From Camelus dromedarius (taxonomy: Eukaryota): DNA of 64,000 nt. Location: the NCBI RefSeq assembly GCF_036321535.1, contig NC_087436.1, positions 43,278,001-43,342,000 on the forward strand, written 5' to 3'. The translations under genes were made by a program, and so were the position numbers. The notes beneath the pieces are model-generated. The model did not search any database, was not told where the DNA came from, and saw nothing but the letters and a program-made list of their open reading frames with translations. The number at the start of each line of letters is the position of its first letter. Within the stretch, counting starts at the first letter, position 1. Shown here piece after piece: positions 12,821-27,029 of the stretch.

Positions 12821-13974
12821 CACTTCATTTGCCAAATCTCTAAGGCACATTCTTGAAGGGTAATAATAAAGAATCAACATGAGATAACAACATTTACTTT
12901 ATACCTAGAAAATTCAGGTGAATGAAGAGAATCACTCTCATAGTCTGTGTAGAGGTCAATTTTAATTTTTCTGATTCTTGGTGAATTATACACACTAATT
13001 GCAATGACAATATGTATACCTTAGGAAGTCCTTTTTATTTCATCATTTAATTTGCACTGCAACCCAGTGGTGTAAGATTGAATGTATTATTATTTTCTTG
13101 TTTTAGAGTTTAGAAAAATGTCACTTTCTGAAGTGAAATGACTTGACAAAAGTGGAGATGGAACTTAAACTTGAGCCTCTGGGCTCTCAGTTTTGTGTGG
13201 TTTCATGACATTTTGTTGCCTTCTCACAAAAATAAATGTTCTTTCTTTTTATAGTAACATATTAGTGGACAGTGGGCCACTACAAGAAAAATACTTTAGG
13301 TTACTAAGAACTTTGCAAGGTAACTCAAGAAGTTAGGTTGGTCTATAAAGCAGATAAGAATTGAATATTTACTGATGAGAGTTTACTTTCCTTTAAAAAA
13401 AAAAACTAAGATCTTTCATACAATTAATATATTTCTTATGGTTGAGGGTTAAGTGGACTTGGCTTGACTGAGGTTAACTTCATTTTCCTTGGGTTCCTTT
13501 TTTGGCATAACTTATGATGATTTTATCTAAATGAACTAAGAGTTCTTATGGTTTCATTGTCTATTTTCCAGCATATTGCAAATTTAGAAAGTTAATGAAT
13601 CAATATTAAAATTGAGGGAATGCAATATACTTGAAAAAAGTCTAAAATAACAAGTTAAAATTTAAAATATTTCATATTCAATCTCATAGGCATTTTTGGA
13701 AGAAGTTCATATATCCATATGAGAATTTGAATGTTCTTTCTCTTTTAAAGTAATTAATGTACATAAATCCCAAATTACTTGTTTAATAGAGCATTAAAAA
13801 CATACCAAATAAAAAGATTCATAATGAAATATAAAATGGATAAGAAATAGAGATGCAAAATATGAAGATCTTATATATTGGGATAAAGGAATTTGACTTT
13901 ATTCCATAGGTCACTGTCAAGCTCATACAAGGTCTGGTATTTTTATCTTACCTACAAGCTAAAAAGCTAAACGG

Positions 13975-14580
13975 CTACTGTAGCATGATGCTGGTAGAAG
14001 ACATGAGTCTCCTGGATCAAAGACAACGGACTTTCTAGTTCACAGCAAAAGCAGCAGCTGAGTGTCAAGATGTTGCTTGCACCAGTTCCCTATGCCCTCT
14101 TCCCAATCCCATGGAAGCGACACATAGGATCAGCGATGGATGCCTATGTCATGGGTTATGTTAAAGAACACTAACCTTGGGGGATTTGTAGCTTTTAAAA
14201 TAAGAAAAATAGTTTTCTACTTTTTATCTGGAGAAAAAGTTACTTAATCTCTCAAGGTTGCTCATTGGTAGCACCACCCCGAGAAGTGGTCACCAGATAA
14301 GGAGCATTCAGGGTCTTTCATTCTTGCCACACCCAAAAGAACATGTAGGGATGCTCAGGGTGACAGCAGATTGATATTCCCAACAGCAAGCCACTCTCAG
14401 TATTGTTGCTGCCAAGAGATGTGCTCCTCTAAAGGAGAGAAATATTGCCATCGTGACAATGCTTCCTATGCTGGCAACTCTCAAGAGAAGCCAAGGAAAT
14501 CCTGCACCCTTTGCAAAAGCCTCCAGGTCATTTTGATACACCTACCTCAATGATCTAAGCATTGGTGACCAAAGATAGTT
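13975..14580. mobile_element. Old ERV LTR-like fragment
   Basis: TGCTGGTAGAAGACATGAGTCTCCTGGATCAAAGACAACGGACTTT...CACAGC resembles ancient eutherian ERVL-class solo LTRs as I recall them. Family not determined. Confidence 0.45.
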
Positions 14581-15080
14581 GAGGGTAGGGGGACTGCCAT
14601 AACCAAATTTTTCTTTTAGAAAGATGACCCAGACATAGTGTGGAGGTTGACCAGAGTGGACAAGATGAAGACAGAATGTAATAAAGGCAGCTGTTATGGC
14701 CACTATGGTAAATGACCATGTCAAGATTTGAATTAATGCAAATTTGAATGCGGATGATGGACCAAGAAAGAAGGGCTGGACTGGAGTGAGGTAAAGGAGG
14801 AGGGGTACTGTTGGAACTGACATATAGGTGAGGAAATCAGCAGGTAGGAATTTTAGACAAGAGTGAGTTTGAGTATGAGAAAATTTCAGGTTCAGTTTTT
14901 GAAAAGTTGTATTTGAAAGACTTACTAATTTCAGGGGACTACAGAGTGAACATAGCTGGGCTCAATATGTATCAGGATAGAAAGAGGCATTCTGTAGATG
15001 ATTTAGAATCCAACAATAAAATTTTTCGCTTCTTAACATAAAACTCTCTGGAATTATTCACTTCCCAGTCAGCTCTGTCA

Positions 15081-15083
<3 letters not shown>

Positions 15084-15111
<28 letters not shown>
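15084..15111. repeat. (CA)n microsatellite
   Basis: Directly visible. Confidence 0.95.
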
Positions 15112-15114
<3 letters not shown>

Positions 15115-15357
15115 TGCACAAGCAACATTTAGCACACTACAGTGAAAAAATGGAATCCACTAAATCCACTGGATACAACTCATGGCATTAACATCAGTTA
15201 AAAGTAGCACAAAAATCTCAACAGTCCTGAGACCAAATAATATCCAAAGTCTAAAGTCTTTATAAAATAGATGTGATTAATAAATAATCCAAACACTTCA
15301 CTTAAGCCAACAATTTCAACCTCTTCTCATTCAAATCCATATTTTAAAACTAATTGG

Positions 15358-15942
15358 CTATTTACATTAGCCAAGACATGGAAACAACCTAAATGTCCAA
15401 CGACAGATGACTGGATAAAGAAGTGGTAAATTTATACAATGGAATACTACTCAGCCATAAAAAGTAATAAAATAATGCCATTTGCAGCAACATAGATGGA
15501 CCTAGAGATCATCATTCTAAATGAAGTAAGCCAGAAAGAGAAAGAAAAACACCATATGATATCATTTATATGTGGAATCTTTAAAAAAGAGAGACACAAA
15601 TGAACTTATTTACAAAACAGAAACATACAGACATAGAAAACAAACTTACAGTTACCAGGGTTTTGGTGAAAGGGGGTGGGAAGGGATAAATTGGAAGTTC
15701 AAGATTTGCAGATACTAACTACTATATATGAAATAGATAAATAGCAAGTTTATACTGTACACCACAGGGAACTATATTCAATATCTTGTAGTAACCTATA
15801 ATGAAAAAGAATATGAAAGGAATATATGTATGTATATGTATGACTGAAACATTATGCTGTACATCAGAAATTGACACAACATTGTAAACTGACTCTATGT
15901 CAACTAAAAAACAAAAATTAAAAAATTAAAACAATAAATAAA
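15358..15942 (+). mobile_element. 5'-truncated L1 (end of ORF2, 3'UTR and A tail)
   Basis: AGCCAAGACATGGAAACAACCTAAATGTCC...ATGCCATTTGCAGCAAC... then an A-rich tail. 13-bp TSD TAAAACTAATTGG at 15345-15357 and 15943-15955. Confidence 0.93.
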
Positions 15943-16396
15943 TAAAACTAATTGGGGGTAAAGGAGGAATCATTTTGATTTTATCCTCTTATTTCTATAT
16001 CCCAAACTGTACCAGTTAGTTACCCCTGAGTAAAAGGCATATGGCAGACAAGAAAAGAAGCCAGAGTCTGGATAACCGGTTGATGATAAATGAGAAGTAA
16101 AACATCAATCTTGATCAACATTTCAGCTAAGGGCAGCCGAGATCATTTCACTGACAAAATTGATGTTCAATTATTGTTGATCTGTCTACTTTGCCAGCAT
16201 TATTAGCTCTAGATACAAATGTCTTTGAGGCTTCAAAAGTTGGTAAGGGAGCAAAAATGGACTTTCACCATTCTGAGTTGATGCTATTTTAGTGAATTTC
16301 AGAAGGACAAAAAAAAATGTTGGACTCTTGGAATATATGCATTGATACTAAGTGTGTCTTCAGTGTGTAATGCAGAGCCGGCTGCCGTGTTCTTAC

Positions 16397-16498
16397 CTGG
16401 TTGCAGGTATTGATGTCTATGCCCCCCTTCAGGTATTCCACTACTTTGTCTAGATTGCCGGCTCTGGCAGCGCGGAGAAAGCTTGCATTGCTGTCAGA
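16397..16498 (-). CDS. ANK2: Ankyrin-2 (ankyrin-B) internal coding exon (canonical exon 2, start of the ANK repeat region), 34 codons, phase 0/0
   Basis: Translates to [34 protein letters not shown], which I recognise as ankyrin-B. On the minus strand it is flanked by a polypyrimidine tract and acceptor (TCTTTCTTTCCCCCTCACAG|TCT) and a consensus donor (CAG|GTAAGA). Length is 102 nt. Confidence 0.97.
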
Positions 16499-19400
16499 CT
16501 GTGAGGGGGAAAGAAAGACCTTTAGTGAATTATTGATAAAATAAAAACAAATCAAAGGTAGAAAGACAAGAATGTTTAAACTTCACACCAGAAAAGCTTT
16601 AGTTGCAAAAGATTTCAATCCTGAATTTGAAACACTGAATAATAACTCACAGTACAAGGTAGCAACTTCACAGTATTTCTAGAGAGTTGTTCAAGGACAT
16701 TAAAGTCGGTGGGAAATATATGCTTATTAAACAGTGTAAAAGAACGATTATAATAAAAATAATTGTTATGCTGTATTCTAAATCTTTACCCACATTTGAA
16801 GATGAATTTACACGACCCCCAAATCCACTGTTTCCCATTCATTTTAGCTTCAGGAAGCTAGTGAATTTATACCGAGCCTAGTAAGACAAAAGGGAAATAA
16901 AAAACAAAACAAAACTATAAGAAATGAAAGGCACTGGGTTTCTTCTTTCTCTTCCTTTACTGTTTGGTTTTCGGATGTATCTGAAGGAGAACACTGAGCA
17001 TGGGTAACTTGGCAGTCATCTGTCCTCATTATAAAGGAATAACAGAAAGCTCCGAGGAAGCTTTGAGGAAAGCGGATAGCACTAGTTGGCAGGTGTGGAC
17101 TGGCCCGATGCAAATTTTGTGATCCTGGTGATTTTGGAAAAACAAGATTAAATTTAAACCAGCTGACATAATACCAGACTGAAATCTCTGGGTAAAGATG
17201 ATCACTCTGGATGGAGACTGCTTTTTAAGTCCTCATCTTGCCTTTACTCCTCTCAAAATCTGATCCTGGGTGAATCAGCTGAATTTCACGCCCGCCAGAA
17301 AAGTCCTGGAGAGGCTCCTCCAGAGGTGTAGCCACCTTCACCCTGCCTCTTTGTCTCACTGACAAAGCCTGCCTTTCGAACTTTAACACAATAACGATGA
17401 TGAACTTTTGCTAGGTTCCAAGACACTGGCATCACTTTATAGCTCTTTTTGTAGTGTAACATCTGACTAACGAGAAAACTAAGAGGAAGTGAGACGCCGC
17501 AGGTGGGACGGCTCTGAATCCAGTGTTCTCCTCGGTCGGCTCCCCTGCCTGCCTCCCTCCCTTGAAGAATGTGCTTGGAAAGGGCCCTTGGCACATGCTG
17601 TCAGACCCATTTATCATGACTGGTGATGATGTCCAGAGATAGCAGTGGAAGCGTTTTGTCCAGGAATCTCAAATACGGAATCATTCACATACTGTTAAAA
17701 TGATTTACACAGGGGAAGACTGAAAACCCAAGGATGAAATCCCCTCACATTTAACCCAAATACCACAAAGGTTTATATATTTACAAATCAGATAGATAAT
17801 TTACAAGGAGTTGTCAGGTACGACTGAACTCTACACATCTGGAATTGGTGTCTGAGTCTTCAGAAATGTATCACGGCATGACTAACACTGTACTGTTCCT
17901 CCTCCCTGCACTGTGCCTCACGCTTCATCCTTCCTGAAAGCTGTGCCCATGGCAGGGTGCCCCCAGTGTATCTGCAAAGCTGCAGCGACCGAATTGTGAC
18001 TCAGTGCAAAATGCCTATTCTAGGAAAGGATTTTGCAGTTTGCAGCAAATTCTAAATTTCAGGAAGATTTTCTGCCCTCTGGTTTCTTGCCACAGCACTC
18101 AAAAGTGAAATGTAATACAATGTATTATGTTATGTCAATATCCCACAAGAAACATTATTTACTACAAAATGACAACAGTGAAATAATATTAGGTCACAGA
18201 AAGTATGACAATATTCTTTTCCGTATATAGTTAAAAAAATAAATCCATGGGCTATATATTATATGGTAAGGCCTAGAAAGTACCACTTGTACAGGAGGCT
18301 TAATGTTATAGGTAACATTTGAGTGTTTACTGTAGGGCAGGCACAGAGCTAAGAAGTCACATGCACTATATCATTAATACAGTAATACCAGGAGGAAGGA
18401 ACTATTACACTGCTCATTTACTAAGTGAAGAAGGAAGTTTAGAAAATTTCCAAGGTCACAATTTTTCAGTGGATGATCTGAGATTGAACTCATGTTTATC
18501 AGCCTCAAAGCTAGTCTTTGCTGTTCTGCCTCACCCCTGCCGAGTATCACAGCAGATGTTCCTACAGAAACCTAACTCATGAGCTCTATGTTTATTTCGT
18601 TTGTGATAACCTCGGCATGCCCTTGGTCTACATACTCACTCTGTAAATCGTGGCACTTGCTAAATAGACTGCCTTAGCTGGAAAGAGAATTCTTGGCTGA
18701 TATCAAATCTATCAGCCATCTATGCACCTAGAAAAATGAAGAGCTGACTTGAGACAAACTACTTAGAACTGTATTCATTTGGGAATAAGGAAGGAGGTAG
18801 TAAAGTACACACTGCGCTAAAAAGCCAGCTGATTATCTCCCTTGACATGCCGAACATGGTAAAACGAACAAACCGAAGTCAGGGTGCCCTGTCACTCCTG
18901 TGGAAAAAGAAGGCCATGAACAGAGACAGAAGGGAGCACCTGACCCTGAAGGGATGCCGAAACACCTTGGAGACATCCTTTGGAAGCTTAAGGGGGGCAG
19001 TTGTCAGTCTGAAGGGTGAAGCTTTTGCTGTTACATAATAGCAAGCTTTCATAACGAGTTTTCCCTTTCCTGAATCAAACTCCTGAAAAGTAGATGCAAG
19101 TCAAAGACTTACAGCCAATCCCTGGAATTTTAGCAAAAACTTGTTCCTACTGTTTTGGAGAGGCTAGAGCCAGTGGAAATGTAACATCTGAGTCATCCTG
19201 CCAGGGACCTCCTCAACAGTTGACTCATGGTAGATTTTGCTATCAGTTGGTTTCTTCTAGAACCACATTAAGGGATTCAGTTTTCCCAAAGTGAGAAAGT
19301 GAGTTATAAATGCATTTTGCAAATGTAAATGCAAATAAGTGTGTTATAATAAAATGGTTCCAGAACACAGGATTCAAGAACAAAATTAAAAAGACTTCAA

Positions 19401-22400
19401 AATTTCTGGGTAGTTAGTAACATTATGGAAGGTTAAAAGTATAGACCTACATGGAAATATATCTTTTTCTCCCACTTCCACATAAACACAAGCAAACTCT
19501 ATGCTGCAAAGAGGTCAATCTGTGATTAAAGCTCTTGGCACAAGAGCTTAGGATAAACAGCAGTCAGTCTGGTTACCTTCAATCAACACAGAGATGAAAG
19601 AGGATTCCGGGACTCATGGTGAGAGATGCAGCAATTTTTACCATGCGATGTTTCCCTCCGAGTATGAAAAAACGTAAGAATTTTAAAAGTAAAATTAAGT
19701 AGGGGGGAAAGTATGCTTTCAAAATAGACTGTCGTCTCCTGGCTCAATCAGATTTCACACATAAAAGCACAGTAAAGAGAAAATGAGGCAATAGCAACTC
19801 CTTCGGGGGAAAAGTCTCAGGGAAATAGACTAACCTCTTTCTGCTTTGCTGCTTTATGTCCCTACAGCTCTCAATCCCAAAACCAATTGTACTGATGCCT
19901 ATAAAGTCTGACGCTGGACAAGGTATTCAAAGGCTGAGCCGCACTTATTTTAATCTGCAACAGATGGATGTCATTACAACTTGTCCCCCCTTTACAAACC
20001 AAGTGTGGCATCTCAAGCCAAGAAAGAAAAATTTCCTCTTAAATTCTTCTTGACACAGTTCTGTATGTTTTTTGGTTGGAATGTTAGAAGAACAATACTT
20101 TCTCAGCACCCAGCAGGGTGGACATGAAAGGCAAGGAGGAATGTGCATTCACAGAGCCATATTATGTCCTAAAAGAGTGCTTCACCATAGGGTCCAGGGG
20201 CACACTCACAGGGGTCCGTGAGTTTGTGCCAAGATTTTGTAAAACTTCTATGTTTACAGTTCAATAATAACCTAATAAGGAAAGTATAAGCGTGCTCCAG
20301 CTCACCTAGATGGCCACCCTTAACTGAGTACAACCATATATGGGTTGTATACGCCTCTGTGTTCTTAATTCAGTGCGTAACAGGTGAATTAGAGATGGAA
20401 CACAGACAGATGCATGATATGCAAAAGGTTTTGCCACGTGACAAAGACTAATCAGAGAATCTGGTCCTCATACATGGCAGGATGTACCAAAAGAACTTGA
20501 GCACAGCACTCAGCAGTGCATTAATGATGCAAATAAACAGCAGGCTCAGATGCTATCTCTGTATGGTCCAACTTGCCTCCACCATTTAGCGGTGAGTGTA
20601 ATAGAAAATTCAGAGTAAAATGCTTTTCAGTTCCCAACTGCAGCTTTTGCTAGATTAGGTACGCTTCTCTACCACACAAAGTAAATGAAGAGAGCTTTAA
20701 ATGATCATCAAATGGCATCCCATTAAAATTGGCATTAGTAAAATTCTCTGATAGCTTTAAGTTTTGCTATTCTTAAGTGGGAAACAAAACTTAAATGTAT
20801 GAATAACAGTCATATGCATTCTCTATATTATTTTCATTGAAGTCAAATTCAGGAATATACTAAATTCTAGAAATCTGAGGTTAAATCTTTTTACTATTAA
20901 ACCCAATACTTGTGATTTAGTTTTAGGCAATTCTGTCCATTCTGTCGGTGTCATTTATTTGAATAATACTAGTTTTGTAGTTCTGTTTCTGCTTAATTGA
21001 TAAAATTACTTTCTTTTTTAGTAATGATCTAAGATTTTAAGGAGTTTTAGTATGACATTTAAATTAACACCATAATAAAAATAACACCAGACTCCCAAGT
21101 TTTTTTTACACTTTAAAAGAGATGAATACATTACTCAAGTTTGAGAAGCACTCATGTGACTCAGCCAGCAGCTTTGACTCTCCCAGGGCGATGCAGGGCA
21201 CCTCCCCTCATAGTCTCTGGCTTATCCTGTACCATCCACAAATATTTGCTACCTGATTAACCATAGGAAAGCACATGTTCTTTGTGGAATTTAAGGAATT
21301 TGTTTATTTCCTTAGGATGCAGTTATTCCTTTGGAAAAACAGGGTCATTTACCTGCCTACCGTGAGACCCACATTTTTATAGCAATACAAAATAAATAAA
21401 ATGTACTAAAATAACTTGAGGGGAAAATCTTTAATATGAACATCACGAAATAAGCGGCATTGCTACAATTCTTTCGATCTTTTCCTAGGAAGGTTGGATA
21501 AGTTGAACCCATGTTCAATAAATTACGAGTTGTATGATCTTGAGTTTTTGTGGGTCTCAATTTCCTTATCAAAAAATATACTTCATGGAGTTGTTGGAAG
21601 AATTAAATACTATTTGAAGGTGCTTAGCCCAATGGCAGGCACAGAGGACACTTACTGAATTTGTTTTATAACTGTGGTTTTTCTTGTAAATGATAAAGGC
21701 AAGACAACAACAGCAAAGCAAAGTATAGCTGCACACACATGAATTTCTTTAGATAAAAAGGCTGCTGCCAGAGGACCAGAGTATTTGAAAATACGCTGCT
21801 GTGTGCAGGTGCAAAAAGACAGAAAAGAAGCCAGAACTGGGTATGATCTGTCTCCAATGATGATTTTACAAAGCATCCTCTTTGTGATATATGAATGCTT
21901 TTACTTAAACAATCATACTTTTGTATAGGGACTGCTGGATTGTTTAAATGTTTTAGTTCTTTTAGTAACTCAAATTCTTATCACTATCTTGTCATAAACC
22001 AAAAATTTGGGGGCAATTGAGAACTGCACACTAGATGTACTGACATTTTTAGGAAGAATCCCACAAGTTGCCTTCTTGCAGTTAGTTAGAACATGTAAAT
22101 GACAAGCAAAACACTTACACCACAAAATTCTACTCAATAATTTCTGTTCAGCTGCCACAAACAACAAAAATTTCTATAAATCATAAGTTTGTACACTATA
22201 GCTCAAACACGCTAATTAAGCTACATTTTTAGTCTCATTTCATTCTACTAAATGAGAAATGCCAAAAGAGCTCTAATCTGCAGAGAGAGTTTATATTTTT
22301 AACTTCCCTGAAGCTTGTTCTTACTTCAGTGACCTATGTTTTAAAAAAAAATTGGTTTAGGTATAGGTGTTCCTATTTTTACTTTTAAAATGTTATTTAA

Positions 22401-22789
22401 GGTAATTAATGATTAACACATACAATTGAGAATTGGTATCAGAACAATATCTAACTTTAAACAGATAAACTCTACTTGAATATTTTCTTTTTGTTGTGTG
22501 AGGTCATTTGAAATTACATTTTTATATGGACAATGTTTTCTCCCCCCTTAACTTAGTATCACATTTCTGACATTGATTTTCACTAGCACAGTAGATGAGT
22601 TATTTCATTATCCAAGTTTTCCCTAAGATTATCATCCGTGAAAAGTAAGCACTGCCTCTAGCATACCAATTCCACCCCTTTCAAAGCATTAAGAATATTT
22701 TGCAATACCATGTCGAGATTAATGAATCCCTTGTACAATTCTTATATGTCAAGAGAGTAAAACCAGAAGATTATGTAGCAGTGGGAAGA

Positions 22790-23120
22790 GAAGTGAATGA
22801 ATCTTACTCACATGCAACACCAACAGATCTCACAAAAATAATGCAAAGAAAATTAAGGCAGACCCCAAAAAGGACATCTTTATGATTCCATTTATTAAAG
22901 TTCAAAAACTGACAAAACCAATCTCAACTGTTCGAAGTTGGAATAGTAGTTTCTGGAAGGGGGTAGAAAGGGGCTTCGGTTGCTGGTAATACTGTACTTC
23001 TAGTTTCTAATTCTGGGTGTGGTTAAATGGGTATGCAAACTTTGTGAGAAATATCAAGATAAACATTATAATTTATGCACTTTCTGTATGAATATTATAA
23101 TCAAATGAAATATTTACTTT
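22790..23120 (+). mobile_element. Ancient L1M-type 3' fragment
   Basis: CATGCAACA...TATGATTCCATTTA...AAAACCAATCT...TTTGTGAGAA...TTATGCACTTTCTGTATG. Confidence 0.55.
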
Positions 23121-26100
23121 AAAAAGATGCTGACACTGAAATACAAGTTGTTCCTAACTTACACCATGGCGACAAAACCACTGAAGAGTAAACAGATGAA
23201 AAAATTAGTATTCAAAAGCAGTATCTTTTTCTTACAGTGGAGGCAATTTTTCTGATGCAGACTATTCATATTGCACAAGACTTTTAATGAAAATTGTATT
23301 TGCATTCATTTAAGGCACTACACAGGCTAAGAGACAATGCAGACTGCTAAGTTCACACAGTTTTGTTCCTGACCTCAAAAGGAGGTTTCTAAGTCAAATT
23401 CTAGAGCATCTTTTCATGAGTTGCTCTGACATCCACTGAGGCTTTGTAATTCTAAAAATTACACAATTCTATTTGATCATCATGAATTATACTCTTCATT
23501 TAGCTTTAGTGAAAGTTATTCCACTTTTCTTATCTTTGTATACAGTAATACAAATTGTACTGCACTGGTCTTCGAAAACGTTTACCACAAATCCAAAAAG
23601 ACCAGATCTGGTTCAGAGATTTCAGTTGTTAATTTTTTTTAGGATAAACAGAAGTAAATAGTCAGAGACAGTTTTATACCTTAAAAAATTTTCTGTACAC
23701 TCACTTTCTGTGTCACTCACTGTTCTGAAAACTGAATCAAAATATTAATAATGTGACAATATCCTTCCTCAATAAATTAGAAATGCTGCAAAAACACAAA
23801 ACTAGTAGGAATGAAACCCCTAAATCAGAAATGACTGTTGTGATGTACATTTGGTAACTATTTTATACTTCTAATCCCTATGTGATTTTTAAATTTTTGA
23901 GTATTTATATATATATTCCCGTAAAAGGAATCATTGAACAGAAGGAATATGAATTTCCCAGTTAGTATTTTATGAGACCATGAAAGTTTGACTTGAAAAG
24001 TAATTTTGTTTTGCTGACATGAGTTTGGTTTCATAAAATGTTTCTATAACCAGGCTCATTACTAGGATGTCATTACAGTAAGACACATTGAAACGTTCAC
24101 TAAAATGGAAATTTTTACAAAGATAGGTAAAAACTTTCTTAAGTGCTTATAATTCTGTTTCCTAGTGAACATTATGGTAAATTGAAATTTTAAGCAACTT
24201 CTAAGGCAGAAAATCAATAGGTTTTGATTATTTGTATTCTAGGCATTTCCCACAGAACTCTGAAATTCCATCACACATACAACATGTGAAATGCTTCTGA
24301 ATCTAAATGGGAAAATAGTAAGTTTGTAGATGGAAATATGTGTGGTTCCTCCACAACATTTACGAATCTAAGAAAATCAGGATAATACAGGAAACATTTT
24401 GCTGTAGCTGTAGGTCTTAAAAATATGAATTGAAGAGCACTACAATTGCATGCTTCCAATTGTTTCGAGGGATAAATTACTCTTTGGGAGGCTTCAGTTA
24501 CATGAACAGATTTAAGACATTACTGCTTCAGTTAGGTAATCATCTTAATGATTGCTTTAAATATTAAACTATTTATCAAGAGTTAAAATTTCTCCCTAAA
24601 GAGCTTATCATACTTTGAGAAAATGGCATATGATTAGGAGATTATGATATCCCACTTGCATTGCTGGTTCCTCTTGGTGTAGAGATATCTTGTAACATCA
24701 TGCTTTAATGCCATATACAATCCCTAACACTACCGCTTGAACTGATACATTTGAAAAGTTCCACTTACTTTTTTTACGTTCAAAAGGTTGACAACGCAAA
24801 GGCAGGCAAAATATTCTACAAATCCTAAACTGACAATTTTAGTATCTCCATAGTATTCCCTAATATTTTCAATAGCTAAAGTTACACGGAAATCTGCATT
24901 TAACATGCCAACAATAAAAATAACGAACACTTAAGAGATTCACAATAGAAACTTGGTAACACACACCACATCTATACAGGACTGAATTCTAAACAGTTCT
25001 CTATTATTGCTTTGAGATCTCCAACCGGTATTAATTGTGTGTAAAATAATGAAAAAGATATTTTTAAAACAATCTGTATTGTAGGTCTAATATCTTGCCT
25101 AATTTCCAATAAGCTGGACATCTCTGTAAAAATGTAAGATGCCAGCATCTTACACTCAACATGAATGAATATGGGCCAAAACATGGAAGAGCTTAACAAG
25201 TTTTATGTAGCATACACATATTTCCAAAGGAATCTCTCTTCGGGCCATCACTGGCCATAAGAGAGCAGGTTTTATAAGTGAATAATAACCTACTGCCATA
25301 ACATTTTGGTCGGGAGAAAAAACAGAGAGCTTTTGATATAATTCTGTAACCATATTTTATTTAATTCTTTCTTTAAGAAATCTTCTCTACACAAAACTCT
25401 TTTCATTCCCTGACTAATCAGGGTGTTAAAATGTTACAGGATATTTGAGGGAAAAGATATATTAGAATTCATCCCACAGCAATACTTAAGGATCAGGATA
25501 AATGGACCTGAATTAGGTTGTAGACTCCCTTGAAGGCTTTTAGAACTGTCAGGATATGCAAAAAACAAACCCAATCAAGTGAAAATATCTTTCATCAATT
25601 GTTCATTATGCCAGACATCCTACAGTGTTAATTTACTATTGCCCCCTTGAGGTAGGCACCAAATTTCTATCCCCGCCGGTCTGATTATTCATCTTCAGAC
25701 CATCTGCTCTGATGCAGACATCACTCAGTCAGAAGCAGCTTCGTGACACAGCACAGATGAGGCGCCGACCACACCCCCACACACTGCATTCACTGAAAAG
25801 GAGACTGCTTCTCTAACATTGAGTTATTCAAGACTGAATGACAAGAAAATACAATCTTGCAATGAAAGCTTCACAGCACCTTACAATGTGAGCACTATTT
25901 TAAAAGAACTTGGATAAATTTTTCTATCCTTACATTGTTGGTTCCAGTGTTGTCCTGTGAAGATGCACATAGAAATACAGAAGCGCTTTCTGTTTACAAC
26001 AGTCCAGTGTACATCTGTAATTGTCAGTCTGATTTTCTAGGGAGTATCACTTAATTACAGCTTAGCAACCACACACAGTGACAACCTGACTCTACTTGTT

Positions 26101-27029
26101 TAAATGTAATTCTGAACTCATTTCTACTATTTTCAAAAAAAAAAAAAGACTAATTTAGAGCAAATGCATCAAAATTGAGCTGCTAACTCAATTTTTTATT
26201 TCACTTTTTTTGAGTACATAAGTGTTGCAATATCAATATCTACTTCAGAATAAAGTAAGAATTGGAATTCATTACTTTCCAGTATCATTTCTTGACCCAA
26301 GACAGTATTTTAATTTTATGGGAATAATAGACCCAAGAACTCTGTTTGTGCAACCCCTTGGGGTTTCTATTTTTTGGAAATCTTTCTAATTACTGGGTGT
26401 CAGGAATTTCAGCATGATAATTATGTTGCTTATTAAAAGTAATTTGTGTCTCTAGTTCCTTTGGTTAAAGTGCTATCAAGTTCATTGTCATCTGTAAGAT
26501 GGCAAAAGCCCATCTTTCTAATGTGCATGTAATTTTTGAGAAGCTGTTTATTCACCCCATTCTCCAAAGCATGCAGGTCCCAAAGAAGAGTGCACAGCTT
26601 TCAGAGTCTTTTCCATATTTGTGATGATCTACGTGGAAGGCAAAATTCCAATTCTAAAGAAGTCTGCATTACGCTAAATGTCATATAGAAAATCATTTTT
26701 ACATTCATTTCTTGACCCCCATATTGCCGACCCAGTGGTGCACAGCTGAATGTCAACAAACCTTTTTAAAAATAAATTTAAAAAAATTAAGAATATGCAA
26801 CATGTGTGCTGTATAAGAAGGAAATCACTTCCCAGTTTGACTCACTTTATTAACCTGATTAAACTACTGAAAAGGTCTATAGTTGTACCTATCTAAATGT
26901 ATACATAGTGAAAAAAATCATAGCTTCAGTTTGGGCAAAGTAGGAATAAATTAATCAAACAACAGATTACTTTGATAATAAAGAATTAAAATAATTTAAC
27001 CAGTCCTTAAACAACAAGAAGTTATTTAG

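Noticed and set aside
1..16396. ANK2 exon 3 (NGLNALHLAAKEGH...)
   Set aside because: Not found by eye in the downstream sequence, so it presumably lies beyond the left edge of the window.
16289..16555. 88-aa ORF taken as a whole protein
   Set aside because: Only 16397-16498 is exon. The flanks are intronic read-through past clear splice sites.
19577..19618. Minus-strand Kozak-like CACCATGA followed by donor AAG|GTAACC as an ANK2 first exon
   Set aside because: The ATG frame hits TGA before the donor and the phase-0 frame also has a stop. No support for coding.
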